Source: Thermodesulfobacteriota bacterium
GTDB taxonomy: Bacteria; Desulfobacterota_D; UBA1144; Nemesobacterales; UBA2774
Direction: 5' to 3'
DNA: 64,000 nucleotides
Assembly: GCA_965223335.1 (NCBI GenBank)
Contig: OZ244991.1
Coordinates: 2,496,001 to 2,560,000, forward strand
In this document: positions 28,669 to 38,976 of the stretch, piece by piece
Layout: every line of letters starts with the position of its first letter
Numbering within the stretch: the first letter of the stretch is position 1
Position numbers and translations under genes: made by a program
The notes under the pieces: model-generated
Database searches by the model: none
What the model was told of the DNA's origin: nothing
What the model saw: only the letters and a program-made list of their open reading frames with translations

Positions 28669-29139
28669 TCAGTCCGCATGGCTCTTGTGATTGTTTTTCG
28701 ATCCCGGATCTCCGTCCACAGACTCAAAACCCCCCAACAATTTCGCATCGTCCCTTTTTGCAAGATTCTCTGCACTCTCTCGACTCCGAAACGCCACTAT
28801 GCCGTGTCCCATGGGGGTCTTAATCGAGGTGCTCTTTACGAAAAAGGCCGCCTTGGCGTCTATCCATTCTTGGGTCTCATAGTCCCTGACGTAGACGGCT
28901 TCTATGCTAGGGTTTTTCTGCTGCTTAATATGCTCCACCATACACCCCAGGTCATCGAACTTCTTAACCCCTCCCCCGCGTGTTAAGTACTGTGCGGCAT
29001 AGGGTTTTTCGCTAATGATCATGCTGCAGCGCTCGCATAGGTCCGAGCCGTAGTAAATCTCGCGCGGCCCCTCTTTTTTACTCTCCCCACAGCCAAATAG
29101 CGCTAGAGAGAGCATCGCAACAACAAATATTAACCTCAG
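28669..29139 (-). CDS. nosL: NosL copper chaperone lipoprotein (probable CTG start at 29139; first ATG at 29115)
   Basis: Lipobox LFGC; 'C..C.M.I', 'FDDLGC', 'TPMGHG..AF'. Confidence 0.88.
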   Translation of the reverse strand: MRLIFVVAMLSLALFGCGESKKEGPREIYYGSDLCERCSMIISEKPYAAQYLTRGGGVKKFDDLGCMVEHIKQQKNPSIEAVYVRDYETQEWIDAKAAFFVKSTSIKTPMGHGIVAFRSRESAENLAKRDDAKLLGGFESVDGDPGSKNNHKSHAD

Positions 29140-29975
29140 GTCTCTTCCCTCCTAAGCGAGCAAAACACATAGTACGCCGCACCAAGCGGTATAAGCGTCC
29201 AGAGCAAAAACGCCCCAAATAGTATTGCAAACACACCCTCTTTACCAAAAGTACGCATTGCGTACACTCCCACAGGCCCGAGAACCTCGAACCGCGGGCT
29301 TACCACCAGCACGGATATCATCTTAAACACCTCGGTAGGGTTAAAAAGCGCCATTGCAAACACCTGCTTTATCCCCAGGTCCATCGCCACTGTACTGCCC
29401 ATAATCCCAAGATCCCCAAACACAATGAACACAAGCCACAAAAACACCCCTATCCCAAGCGCCTTTGACGCTCCCCGCACATATACCGAGATCAAAAAAC
29501 CCACACTTAGTAACGCCGCTGCAAGCAATAGCGAGAACCCTGCAATCGCCAGGTACCTGAGCGCTCCCCCGCCCCCGCCAACCAATGCCACACCTACCCC
29601 AGCGATCCCAAACCCGAGCAGTATGCTAGACCAAATGGACGTCAACACCCCCAGGTACTTGCCCACAAACACCTCGCCCTTGTTCACAGGGTACGACAGC
29701 AAGTACCCGAGCGTCCCGCTCTCGCGCTCGGCTGCTATACTCATCGCACCTGTTAAAAGTGCCACCATAGGGACAAACAACAGCACCAGGTTTATGAGGC
29801 TGGCAGCGGTCCTGCCATAGCCCGTGTAGCCTGCGATCTCGCTTCGCCCCGAGGCTATGAATAAAAGAAGTAGTGCGAGCAAAGAGAAACAGAGCGTGTA
29901 CACAACAAACCACCTGTTTGCGAGCGACTCCCGTGCCTCTTTTTTTGCTATTATAAGTACGCTGCTAAAATTCAT
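29136..29975 (-). CDS. nosY: NosY ABC transporter permease
   Basis: 'ERESGTL..LLS.P....VF.GK'; multi-TM; nos operon position. Confidence 0.85.
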   Translation of the reverse strand: MNFSSVLIIAKKEARESLANRWFVVYTLCFSLLALLLLFIASGRSEIAGYTGYGRTAASLINLVLLFVPMVALLTGAMSIAAERESGTLGYLLSYPVNKGEVFVGKYLGVLTSIWSSILLGFGIAGVGVALVGGGGGALRYLAIAGFSLLLAAALLSVGFLISVYVRGASKALGIGVFLWLVFIVFGDLGIMGSTVAMDLGIKQVFAMALFNPTEVFKMISVLVVSPRFEVLGPVGVYAMRTFGKEGVFAILFGAFLLWTLIPLGAAYYVFCSLRREET

Positions 29976-30864
29976 TTCTCTCCACCTCTTGGATAATCTC
30001 CTCCATCGTGGGTTCATCCACACTAAAATCCGTAAAACCAATATTGCCCTCTACAAGAAGCCTCATCACACCGGCACTGTTACCTCTGCTCACCAACACG
30101 TCTATTCCGTTGCAGTTAAGCTTTGCGTCGCTGATCCCGTTTCGCGACAATAGCGAGAGCGCCCCGTCTATCTCAATTTCCGGCATGCTGATGTTCATCC
30201 TCGTTTTAAGGCCCAGAGTGTCGGTAATACCATGTGGTACCCCGTCATACACAACCCTGCCCTGCTTCATAAACACAGTCCTATCCGCAAGGTAGTTGAC
30301 CTCATCCAGTCGGTGCGACGAGAACATAACTGTGTTGCCCGACTCGTGGTATGACTTGGTAAGCTGGAGCAGGTCGGCCCTGGCACCGGCGTCCAGGTTA
30401 GAGGTGGGCTCGTCCAAAAGCAGTACGGGTGGCTCAGAGAGGAATGCAAGCGCAAATGAGAGTCTCTGGCGCATACCCCCCGAGAGCTCCGAACACAATT
30501 TGTCTCGGTGCTCCATTAGGCCCACAACGCCCAGGACCTCGCGTGCTCTATCCGTGCCCACACCCCTTAGTGACGCGAAAAAGCGCACCAACTCACCTAC
30601 CCTCATCTCATAGAAAAGCGCCTCCTGCGGTATATACCCTATATACGATTTAGCACCCTTTGAGTCCTCCCCCAGGCCAATGCCGTTTACCTCTATGGTC
30701 CCGCTATAGTCCAAGAGCCCCAGCACACACTTTATAAGCGTGCTCTTGCCGGCACCGTTGGCACCCAAAAGCGCCACAGACTCCCCTCTCTCGATGCTAA
30801 ACGTAAGCGAGTCTACAGCCGTAAAAGAACCGTATTTTTTAGTAAGCCCCTTAATCTCTATCAA
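29965..30864 (-). CDS. nosF: NosF ABC transporter ATP-binding protein
   Basis: Walker A GANGAGKS, signature LSGGM, Walker B LLLDEP. Confidence 0.88.
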   Translation of the reverse strand: MIEIKGLTKKYGSFTAVDSLTFSIERGESVALLGANGAGKSTLIKCVLGLLDYSGTIEVNGIGLGEDSKGAKSYIGYIPQEALFYEMRVGELVRFFASLRGVGTDRAREVLGVVGLMEHRDKLCSELSGGMRQRLSFALAFLSEPPVLLLDEPTSNLDAGARADLLQLTKSYHESGNTVMFSSHRLDEVNYLADRTVFMKQGRVVYDGVPHGITDTLGLKTRMNISMPEIEIDGALSLLSRNGISDAKLNCNGIDVLVSRGNSAGVMRLLVEGNIGFTDFSVDEPTMEEIIQEVERNEF

Positions 30865-30873
30865 TTCTCACCT

Positions 30874-32250
30874 CTATGCCCTGCGCACCAATGTTAGATA
30901 GACCCCCGCCGGCACTGCGATCATTGCCAACGAGAGCACAAGCAACAGGCCCGAGAACCCCCCGTGCTCGACGCCGAGTTCCTTTAGCATCGCCGAGTGT
31001 GTGAGCGGATAGTCGTCTTTTACCTTGGGCTCGGGTTTTAGCACCGGAAACGCACGCGACGCAAGCTCAATCGACGAGGCTACGGGACTGTGTATAAAAA
31101 TACGGAGGTTCGGATAGGTATCGATAAGCTCCTCAAAGAGGCTCTCTGCAACATAGGGCAGCTCCCCGACTCCATCACTATCCTCGTCATAGCCCCTGTA
31201 GTCGCTCCAGTAATTCCCGCCCCCCGACTCCGACCATTTGTTGCCCGTTAGTCCACCACCGCCGCGCACCTGTACCTGCTCTGTATTATCTATAAAGCTG
31301 TTCCCGACCACTGCGTTTCGCTCAATAGAGGGCATAAACGACACTCCTATATCGTTAAATGCTATCATATTATCCGTTATCCTGTTCCATGAATCTATGG
31401 AGTTTGGCGAGTTATCCAGATACATCCCTATGCGGTTATCTATGATTAGGTTGCGTGTGGCCTCTATATCGTCCAGGTCCTTAAACCCTATGCCGTAGCC
31501 CGTGGCCGGGCCCTGGTTACGCGCAAACACATTGCCGTGGAACCGGATCCCCTTACTATACATAAGGAACCCGCCCACATAATTATCCACAAACACATTG
31601 TCCTCAAACAGGTTGTGGTTGCTGTACATATAGTGGAGGCCGTAGCGTCCCTTCTCCACCCTGTTACGCTTAATGAGCGTGTTGCTCGACCACCACATTA
31701 CCAGGTCCCTTGCATTTACAATGTGGTTGTCCACGATCTCGGTATCCGAGCTGTACCAAAGCCTTATGCCGTCGCCCCTCTCGGGCAGCGAGAGCTCTTT
31801 TCCATATATTCTGTTATTGCGTATTACCGAGTTGGGCGAATTCTTGAGATATATGCCAAACAACACATCCTCGAGTCGGTTATTCTCTATAACCGACCCC
31901 GGTGCCGAGTCGAGCACCACTCCCCCGTGCTCAATGTTTAGGCTAAGCCCGCTACCGCGCACCGTAAACCCTTTAAATGTGACCCCTGGTGAGGTTATCG
32001 TTACCACGGTGTCCCGGCCCCCGCCGTCGATTACAGGACCCTCAAGACCGACTAGTGCAATGCTCTTATCTACCGTCAAGTGCTCGGTGTAGACCCCGCT
32101 ACTGACACGGATCGTGTCACCGTCCTCGGCACTGTCTATGGCAGCGGATATAGAGCTTAGCTCTCCTTGGGGAGATACATCGATAGTCTTAGCCCAGCCG
32201 CTAACCGTCGCCGTTATGAGCAGGACTGTCAATAATATGCTCTTCCACAT
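30874..32250 (-). CDS. nosD: NosD periplasmic copper-site maturation protein
   Basis: Parallel beta-helix repeats; 'RYGLHYMYS', 'GNYWSDY.GYD...DG.G'. Confidence 0.92.
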   Translation of the reverse strand: MWKSILLTVLLITATVSGWAKTIDVSPQGELSSISAAIDSAEDGDTIRVSSGVYTEHLTVDKSIALVGLEGPVIDGGGRDTVVTITSPGVTFKGFTVRGSGLSLNIEHGGVVLDSAPGSVIENNRLEDVLFGIYLKNSPNSVIRNNRIYGKELSLPERGDGIRLWYSSDTEIVDNHIVNARDLVMWWSSNTLIKRNRVEKGRYGLHYMYSNHNLFEDNVFVDNYVGGFLMYSKGIRFHGNVFARNQGPATGYGIGFKDLDDIEATRNLIIDNRIGMYLDNSPNSIDSWNRITDNMIAFNDIGVSFMPSIERNAVVGNSFIDNTEQVQVRGGGGLTGNKWSESGGGNYWSDYRGYDEDSDGVGELPYVAESLFEELIDTYPNLRIFIHSPVASSIELASRAFPVLKPEPKVKDDYPLTHSAMLKELGVEHGGFSGLLLVLSLAMIAVPAGVYLTLVRRA

Positions 32251-32301
32251 AGTTGGCCCCAAAGCAAGGATTAAAGTGAATAGATCAAACCCAATATCTC
32301 A

Positions 32302-32964
32302 TTAACCGGCTGTGGCCTGCCCCTTGTCCATTACCAAGGGCTTATAGGCTCTGCGGTGGAAATAGAGGCCGACAAGGATCAGTATCGACGCAGCTATCGA
32401 GAGGTATAGACCCACCTCCCACGTTGCCAGCGTTTTGAACTGAGCTATCTGCCCCTCGCCCAAGATCGGGGGCACAAACGGATCTATGGCGTTGCTAAGC
32501 GCTGCCCTCGGGTCCAGGTTCATGCCAAAGCTCCGCATCCAAAAGTAGAGGTCGGCCAAGAAAAACGCGGGATACACAATGGCTGGAATACACAAAACAA
32601 ATGCAAAGGGGCTGTGAATATAGATACTGGCCACTATGAGCAACGCCAGGCCCACAATGATGAATACACTTAACGTGCGCTCAAGCACCGCTGCTTCCCC
32701 CAGGGGTTTCATCCCTATGTAGTGGTTAAGCCCGTCGATCTCGGCTATATCGCCCTTTAGCTGATTTACGTACATAGAGGCCTCGAGCCCTCCCGGGTAC
32801 TGTGGCGCAAAGAGCTTAATTTTCCAGTACGGCAGGAATATCGAGATTGCCAGCAGAATCGCAGCACCTACCAATAAGAGCGTGGGCAGCATGAACCTCT
32901 TTCGTTCCTTTTCCCATTGCTCTTTAGGAATTCTGGGTCCGAGTAATAGCTCTCTTTCTTTCAT
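32302..32964 (-). CDS. nosB: NosB-like membrane protein of clade II nos clusters
   Basis: 'PYW.I.L.APQYP.GL', 'I.GLNHYIGM'; position between nosZ and nosD. Confidence 0.8.
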   Translation of the reverse strand: MKERELLLGPRIPKEQWEKERKRFMLPTLLLVGAAILLAISIFLPYWKIKLFAPQYPGGLEASMYVNQLKGDIAEIDGLNHYIGMKPLGEAAVLERTLSVFIIVGLALLIVASIYIHSPFAFVLCIPAIVYPAFFLADLYFWMRSFGMNLDPRAALSNAIDPFVPPILGEGQIAQFKTLATWEVGLYLSIAASILILVGLYFHRRAYKPLVMDKGQATAG

Positions 32965-33066
32965 AAAGTAATCTCCGTTTTCAGCTATATTGTCAGATCT
33001 AGCACTTTGTATGCACGCTAAATCTTATCCTACAACTTAAAATAAGCCTCGTGCAACTACCTACAC

Positions 33067-33429
33067 TTACTTACCGGTCAGTATCCGCTTGGCATTTAGG
33101 CCGGCTGTGGCAGCTTTAACATAGTACTGCCAGGCCATATTGTAGCCGAAGTTGGCCTTGTCCCACTGCTCCTCCTTCATAGCGGCATCTCCCTTGGCAA
33201 GCTCCTTGTCGCCCATACCGAGCCACATCACTGCGTCATCCACAAGTCCCTTTGCAGTGGGGTTGCTCTCGGGATTTAGCGTCCCAAGCTCCTCGGCCAC
33301 ACTCACCACAGCGGCCCTTGTGCTCGTGGCCTGCTCTTGCCACGAAGCTGCGGTCTCTTGGTTGTCAGCTGCGATTGCAACTGCGCCTAGTACGAAAAAC
33401 AGGGTTAAAAGCAAACTTAGTGTTTTCAT
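33067..33429 (-). CDS. Secreted helical hypothetical protein inside the nos operon
   Basis: SD gggaggg, signal peptide, 120 aa. Confidence 0.75.
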   Translation of the reverse strand: MKTLSLLLTLFFVLGAVAIAADNQETAASWQEQATSTRAAVVSVAEELGTLNPESNPTAKGLVDDAVMWLGMGDKELAKGDAAMKEEQWDKANFGYNMAWQYYVKAATAGLNAKRILTGK

Positions 33430-33481
33430 CTTAATCCCTCCCCTTAATTGGTTTTGTCTTTTTACTCCCGCTGAGAACCCT

Positions 33482-33514
33482 CCCTCCCGGCATGCTGGGG
33501 TCGATACCGGGAGG
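33482..33514 (-). terminator. Stem-loop just downstream of nosZ
   Basis: ccctcccgg...ccgggaggg 9-bp GC stem without a clear U tract. Confidence 0.5.
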
Positions 33515-33532
33515 GAAAATCAATCGGGTCTC

Positions 33533-35533
33533 TTAGTTCTTCGGTTCTACCAACAGATAGCCCATCATCTCTAGGTGAAGCGCCGAGCAGAACTCTGTGC
33601 AATAGAACGGGTAAACACCGGGCTTGTCGGCCACGAACTTGACCGTGTTGCTCTCCCCAGGCTCTATACTCAGGTTTATGTTGTAACCGTCTATAGCAAA
33701 CCCGTGCGTAGCGTCACGTGCACGTTCCACGTTGGTTATGTGCATTGTGACCTTATCACCCTCTTTCACCTTAATGTGCTCTGGTGTAAAGTGGCTTCGG
33801 ATGGCAGACATCCAAATCTCGACGTTGCCGTTGTTCCTTACTATCTTTTCGTTGCCTATCTTTGCAGCTTTAGGGTTGACAGACATCGTAGCCGGGTTAA
33901 ACCCTACCTCTGGGTAGACCAGCCACGGTTTTAGTTTGTCGGCCTTTATCATCTGCACGTAGTGTGGCTCGCCGATCCCGATGGGCATGTCGTAGAGCAG
34001 CTGCATCTTATCCCCCGAGACGTCTATGAGCTGGAAGTTCTGGGGATGTAGCGGCCCAACGGGGCTAAACCTGTCGATGGCCCATTTGTTAAGCGACACA
34101 CAGTACTTACCGTCGGGAGACACGGTGTCGCCCTCGGCACATACCAGGTGGCCGATGTTGTAATGAACAGGGATCTTTTCTACCAGTGTCCAGGCATCTT
34201 CCCCAGTGTTGTAGGGTGGGCCCAGTTTCCACTTCGAGAGTGTGCTCTCGATAAACACACTGGTATAGGCGTTGCCCTGGTTGTCAAACTGGGTGTGAAG
34301 CGGGCCAAGCCCAATCTCTAGCTGCGCTACTACGGCATCGCTGAAATTGATTATCGGCACACCGTAGGGGTCTGTGCCCTCAAAGCTCTCGTTTTTTATG
34401 GCCTCTTGTATCTTATCAAAACCATAGATCGTAGCGTGCGTATCGAGCTTACCCGATACAACTATGTACTCCCCTCCGGGGGTAATATCGGCGCCGTGAG
34501 GGCTCTTGGGTTCCGGCAGGAAATAGAGGATCCCCTCGGCTACAGCGGTCTCTAGCGAGATTACGTCCGCACCGTTTATCTTTGTTGTCTTACCCGCTTT
34601 GGCTACCTCGGCGGCCTTTTTCCAGTTAATCACGTGCATATAGTCCATGTCTCTTTGCGACACGCCTGCTTCAAACGGAGGGTTGCCGCTCTCAATACCA
34701 CCTGTGGCGAGCTCGGTGTTAATAGAGTTGCAGAATAACCACCCCTCACTTACCTTCTTTCCTGCGTCACACAGGTCCTGCCAGTACGGTGGCACCTCTA
34801 TCTGGAAACCGCCGCCCACAATCCTTCCCTTCTTGCGGTCAAATTTATGGAAAGCGATGATACCCCTGTACTTTTCCTGATACTCGTCGAGTCCCGCATA
34901 ATTTTCAAAGGGCAGCGGGGCTGCGTACTGCGAGGCCTGAATCACCCACTCTGTGTTAGGTGTCACAAACGTAGAGCCGTGATCAGAGATCATATTGGGA
35001 GTTTTCATCATCTGTTTTGTCTCAAAATCGCGCAGGTCAATGACTGCAACCCTCGCATTGGCCTTATCATTAATAAACAGGAACTGTCCGTCGTACTCCC
35101 CACCTGTCTCGCTAAGTGCAGGGTGGTGTGTGTCGGCCCATCTGAGTTCACGGTTCTTGCCAAAAGGCATATCCCCTGCCTTGAGTATATTCTCCGACTC
35201 CTCTGAACCAAACCCATAGCCCTGCCACGGCTCAGGTGTGAAAGCACCTATAACCTTTAGCAGGCGCATTGAAGGCACACCTATTACAAGCACCTGACCC
35301 GAATGCCCCCCCGAGGAAAACATGATGTAATCGTCATGTTTACCCGTAGGCACATAGGTCTTTAGCGCCGCAGTCACATCGTCGGGCGAAAGCCCCCTGG
35401 CCTTGGCAATCTCCTGTGCACTTTGCGGAGTGTCCTGCTTACTTATGGTCTCTATTGAGCCCGTAAAGTAAAACACCCCTGCAATAAAAACAATCAGCAA
35501 TACTGCAATGCCATACCCCTTCTTATTACCCAT
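33533..35533 (-). CDS. nosZ: Nitrous oxide reductase, clade II (Sec-dependent)
   Basis: No Tat RR motif; 'SSGGHSGQ', CuZ ligands DTHH, PHG, GPLH, GH, EPH; CuA 'HGF...CTEFCSALHLEM'. Confidence 0.97.
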   Translation of the reverse strand: MGNKKGYGIAVLLIVFIAGVFYFTGSIETISKQDTPQSAQEIAKARGLSPDDVTAALKTYVPTGKHDDYIMFSSGGHSGQVLVIGVPSMRLLKVIGAFTPEPWQGYGFGSEESENILKAGDMPFGKNRELRWADTHHPALSETGGEYDGQFLFINDKANARVAVIDLRDFETKQMMKTPNMISDHGSTFVTPNTEWVIQASQYAAPLPFENYAGLDEYQEKYRGIIAFHKFDRKKGRIVGGGFQIEVPPYWQDLCDAGKKVSEGWLFCNSINTELATGGIESGNPPFEAGVSQRDMDYMHVINWKKAAEVAKAGKTTKINGADVISLETAVAEGILYFLPEPKSPHGADITPGGEYIVVSGKLDTHATIYGFDKIQEAIKNESFEGTDPYGVPIINFSDAVVAQLEIGLGPLHTQFDNQGNAYTSVFIESTLSKWKLGPPYNTGEDAWTLVEKIPVHYNIGHLVCAEGDTVSPDGKYCVSLNKWAIDRFSPVGPLHPQNFQLIDVSGDKMQLLYDMPIGIGEPHYVQMIKADKLKPWLVYPEVGFNPATMSVNPKAAKIGNEKIVRNNGNVEIWMSAIRSHFTPEHIKVKEGDKVTMHITNVERARDATHGFAIDGYNINLSIEPGESNTVKFVADKPGVYPFYCTEFCSALHLEMMGYLLVEPKN

Positions 35534-35563
35534 AAGGATTCACCTCCATAAATTTTTACTGCT

Positions 35564-35983
35564 TTACTTATCTGCACTGCTCATATTTGCGTCCTCATAC
35601 TTCATATACTCGATCAAAAGCCCGACCTCCTCGGGTGTAAGCCCCTGGTTAGGCATAGGCACGTAATACTCTTTTAGCATCTCCTTGGCTATCTGGTCTG
35701 TCATAATCATCTCGTCGGGATTGGTGAGCCACTTTGTAAGCCACTCGATCTCTCTGCGCTCAGTAACCCCGGCCAGATCGGGCCCGGCAAGCTTGCCCCC
35801 GCCAATCGTATGACAGCCCTGGCATGCTTTTGCGGTGAATAGCTCTTTACCCTTCATCGCATTTTCTTTGTTCACAGTGGGCTTAGACTCCTCGGATTGA
35901 GTACAGCTCGGCAGGCAAAAGTAAAAGGTTGTTACCAGCAGGACTATAAAAAGAAGGTTATAACGGGAATGTGTTTTCAGCAT
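35564..35983 (-). CDS. Monoheme cytochrome c, probable electron donor to NosZ
   Basis: CQGCH, 'GPDL', distal Met in 'MPN'; RBS aaagga before ATG 35983. Confidence 0.9.
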   Translation of the reverse strand: MLKTHSRYNLLFIVLLVTTFYFCLPSCTQSEESKPTVNKENAMKGKELFTAKACQGCHTIGGGKLAGPDLAGVTERREIEWLTKWLTNPDEMIMTDQIAKEMLKEYYVPMPNQGLTPEEVGLLIEYMKYEDANMSSADK

Positions 35984-36164
35984 TATAGTTTCTCCTTTGT
36001 GTTTACCGTTGTATAATGGCAATGTACATGCCAGAGCTAAATACCCGTAATCAATGGATTGCACTGTACGAGCAAATGTCATGTGTCTTATATTCCGACA
36101 TATTTCGAGTCGCTTATTTAGATGTTTTAATGTGTTTTAATACTGCGGAAGGTACTGAATTTAC

Positions 36165-36383
36165 ATGGAATATATAATAGGTTTTGCTGTTGTTACATTT
36201 ATCGCGTCTTTAGTTGTCGCATATTCTATAATCCATCTGACACAAAGAATCAGTCAATCATTCTTGCAGGCCGGTGGTGAAAAGGGATCGAAAAAGAAAC
36301 GGATAGTTTTTATCTTGGCACTAGGTCTTTTGATCTGGATTCTAATACTGGTCTTTACAATTTCGGGGCTTGAGATGCACTGA
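36165..36383 (+). CDS. Small two-TM hypothetical protein
   Basis: Two hydrophobic helices joined by a basic loop. Confidence 0.55.
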   Translation: MEYIIGFAVVTFIASLVVAYSIIHLTQRISQSFLQAGGEKGSKKKRIVFILALGLLIWILILVFTISGLEMH

Positions 36384-36402
36384 TACACATACCGGGAATA
36401 TG

Positions 36403-37614
36403 CTATTTACCGAATATCTCGCGTGCGATCAGCATCTTGTGTATCTCGTTTGCTCCCTCATATATCTCGCCCACCTTGGAGTCCCTGTATATCTCCTCTA
36501 CCTTATAGGTAGAGTCGTCGTGTCCGAGCTCTACCATAAGCCCATACCCCCCGAATATCTGTACGGCGTCCCGCGCCATATCCACTGACAACTTCGACCC
36601 ATAGAACTTGGCCCCCGAGGATTCCAGTATCGGAAACGCTTCTCCCCCGTCCATACGAAGCGCGCTCTTTATATATAGGTTGCGGGCGTTCTCTATTTCT
36701 ATCGCGCGCTCTGCCATAAGGAACTGCCAGTGCTGAAACTGGTTTATTTTTTTACCGAATGCTTCGCGCTCGGCCATAAATGCCACGCACTCGTCAAAGG
36801 CCGACTGCGCCATCCCTACCCCGCTAGCCCCAATCCCGGTCCTACCGTACATAAGCGCCCCTATACATACACGCAGCCCATCCCCCTCCTTACCTATGAG
36901 GTTTTCCTCAGGGACCTCCACATTCTTAAAATAGACATCATAGGTAAGCTCTCCCCGGTTCCCAAGCTTCTTATCGGGCTCACTGGTCCAGCAGCCCTCA
37001 GAATCCGTGTCTATAACCAGCATGCAGGACTTATTATCCACAGCGACTAGTGTGGCAATATAACTCGATACCCCTGCGTTTGTGATATAACGTTTCTGAC
37101 CGTTAACTATATACTTACCGTCTTTTTTCACGGCTTTTGTTGTTAACGATTCGGATCTCACATCAGAGCCCGACTGCGGCTCGGTCATGGCAAATGAAGC
37201 AATCGCCTTACCCTCCATAAGCGGGGTAAGATAGGTCTTTTTTACGTGATGAGAGCCCTGTTCCACACTCTTTCCGGCAAGCAGGAAGTGGGCGTTTATC
37301 ATCCCCGCAAAGCTTGCACTCATATATGCGAGCTCCTCTGCCAGCACCGCTGCTCCCAGTGCAGGATACTCGAGCCCAAGCCCCCCGTCTTCTGAGCTAT
37401 AGGGGATTTTGAAAAACCCGAGCTCCGCCATCCTGCCAAAGAGGTCGTGGGGGAAGTTGTTGTTATGCTCCCGGTGCTGGCCCATCTCGTAGGCGCGAGG
37501 GAAAAGCTCCTTTTCGGCAAACTCCCTTATCCTCGCCCTAAGCTCTAGGGTCTCCGGTGGCAAAAAGATGTCTTTGTACAGTTTTGTTTGGTTCCTCTCG
37601 GGCAGTTTCCTCAT
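36403..37614 (-). CDS. Acyl-CoA dehydrogenase family protein
   Basis: 'FAMTEPQSGSD', 'NGQKRYITN', 'QIFGGYG', 'IYEGANEI'. Confidence 0.93.
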   Translation of the reverse strand: MRKLPERNQTKLYKDIFLPPETLELRARIREFAEKELFPRAYEMGQHREHNNNFPHDLFGRMAELGFFKIPYSSEDGGLGLEYPALGAAVLAEELAYMSASFAGMINAHFLLAGKSVEQGSHHVKKTYLTPLMEGKAIASFAMTEPQSGSDVRSESLTTKAVKKDGKYIVNGQKRYITNAGVSSYIATLVAVDNKSCMLVIDTDSEGCWTSEPDKKLGNRGELTYDVYFKNVEVPEENLIGKEGDGLRVCIGALMYGRTGIGASGVGMAQSAFDECVAFMAEREAFGKKINQFQHWQFLMAERAIEIENARNLYIKSALRMDGGEAFPILESSGAKFYGSKLSVDMARDAVQIFGGYGLMVELGHDDSTYKVEEIYRDSKVGEIYEGANEIHKMLIAREIFGK

Positions 37615-37719
37615 GGGTATCTCCTTACATCTATATAGATATCCAAGAGTAACTAATGAAACAGGAGTCAGTCAATCAATGTCAGGAGCTATCGAATGAC
37701 AGGCAGCACCTGCAACAAA

Positions 37720-38787
37720 TTACGGAATCCACTTGGGCATATTCGCATTTTCTTTTATCCGGATCGGCAGTTGATCTTCCCCATCCGTTGTCACTATAGA
37801 CCCCCCTGCATACATCCCGGCCTCATTTATCTCCAGGTATGCAACCAGGTTACCTTTTACGTTGGGAACTATCGAGATAGGACCGGGTTTGGTGAGCCTC
37901 AGACAATCCGTACCATCCAATTTACAGCCGTAAATGTCATGCGCCGTATTTGCGGCCGGGATGTTGGGAAAGTTGGGCGGCACATCAGGATTTACTCGGC
38001 TAAAGAACACCCTTTTGTTATCATCCGAGAACTCCGGGTCGTGCACACTGGTAACACCATTCGGCCCGCCCTCTATTATCATATGCGGATTAGTTCCATC
38101 TGTGCTCATGACCCAAATATCGACTTGGTTGTCCAACTCATCTACCTTAATGGCTACATATGCCAGCATTGTACCGTCATCGGACACTCCGACATCAGCT
38201 TCTCCAATTGTGGGAGTGTCTGCTAAACGTGTTAGCTCAGTACCGTCATACTTTATTTTGTATATATCGTTTGCACCCGCGTTCTTCATAAAATCCTCGG
38301 GCGTCATAGGATCCGTAACTATGTCCTCGGCCTTACCCGCAAAATATATGAACCCTTCACTGTCCCAGTCCACACCCCCGTTACCGGCTGTAACAAAATC
38401 CGGCACAAGCCGGGCCTCTGTGCTTTCTTCGAGGTCAAATAGCCATAGCCTCGAGAACCCCCCTGCTATACCCTGTGGATTAGGCAGCTGCTCGTTAGCT
38501 ACGATATAACGTCCGTCATAAGACACCGCAGCATGTTCCCATACCCTCGGGTTCTCAAATGTGATCTGCCCGTCTATCTCCCCCGCCAAATCCATCACAT
38601 ATATAAACATGTCCTTGTGATACACAATCTCCGCACCCGTGGGTATCTGTGCCAGTATCACAAAATTAGGCTCTGTGATGTATGTGCTACTTGGCACTCC
38701 CATACCATCACCATTACTGTTACCACAGGCTGTTAGACCAAATATGAACGGTAAAATTAATAGTAGAATTTGAAACACGGCTCTCAT
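37720..38787 (-). CDS. TolB-like beta-propeller lipoprotein
   Basis: Lipobox LTAC; repeats 'S.DG..LAY', 'DIW.M..DG'. Confidence 0.75.
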   Translation of the reverse strand: MRAVFQILLLILPFIFGLTACGNSNGDGMGVPSSTYITEPNFVILAQIPTGAEIVYHKDMFIYVMDLAGEIDGQITFENPRVWEHAAVSYDGRYIVANEQLPNPQGIAGGFSRLWLFDLEESTEARLVPDFVTAGNGGVDWDSEGFIYFAGKAEDIVTDPMTPEDFMKNAGANDIYKIKYDGTELTRLADTPTIGEADVGVSDDGTMLAYVAIKVDELDNQVDIWVMSTDGTNPHMIIEGGPNGVTSVHDPEFSDDNKRVFFSRVNPDVPPNFPNIPAANTAHDIYGCKLDGTDCLRLTKPGPISIVPNVKGNLVAYLEINEAGMYAGGSIVTTDGEDQLPIRIKENANMPKWIP

Positions 38788-38976
38788 ACCATATTTCCCT
38801 ATACCAAGATCCGATACCTATATTAATACCAAATCGACTCAATTTGTTTCACTAAATTACAGATCGAGGTTGAAAGAATACAGGAATCTTAAACCGCATC
38901 ATATATATAGATACAGTATTATTGGAAATACTAATATAAGAAAAACAGATTATACGATTAGATACATATAGAAAGA

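Noticed and set aside
35984..36164. FNR/Crp-type box upstream of the nos cluster
   Set aside because: No convincing TTGAT-N4-ATCAA or TGTGA-N6-TCACA match.
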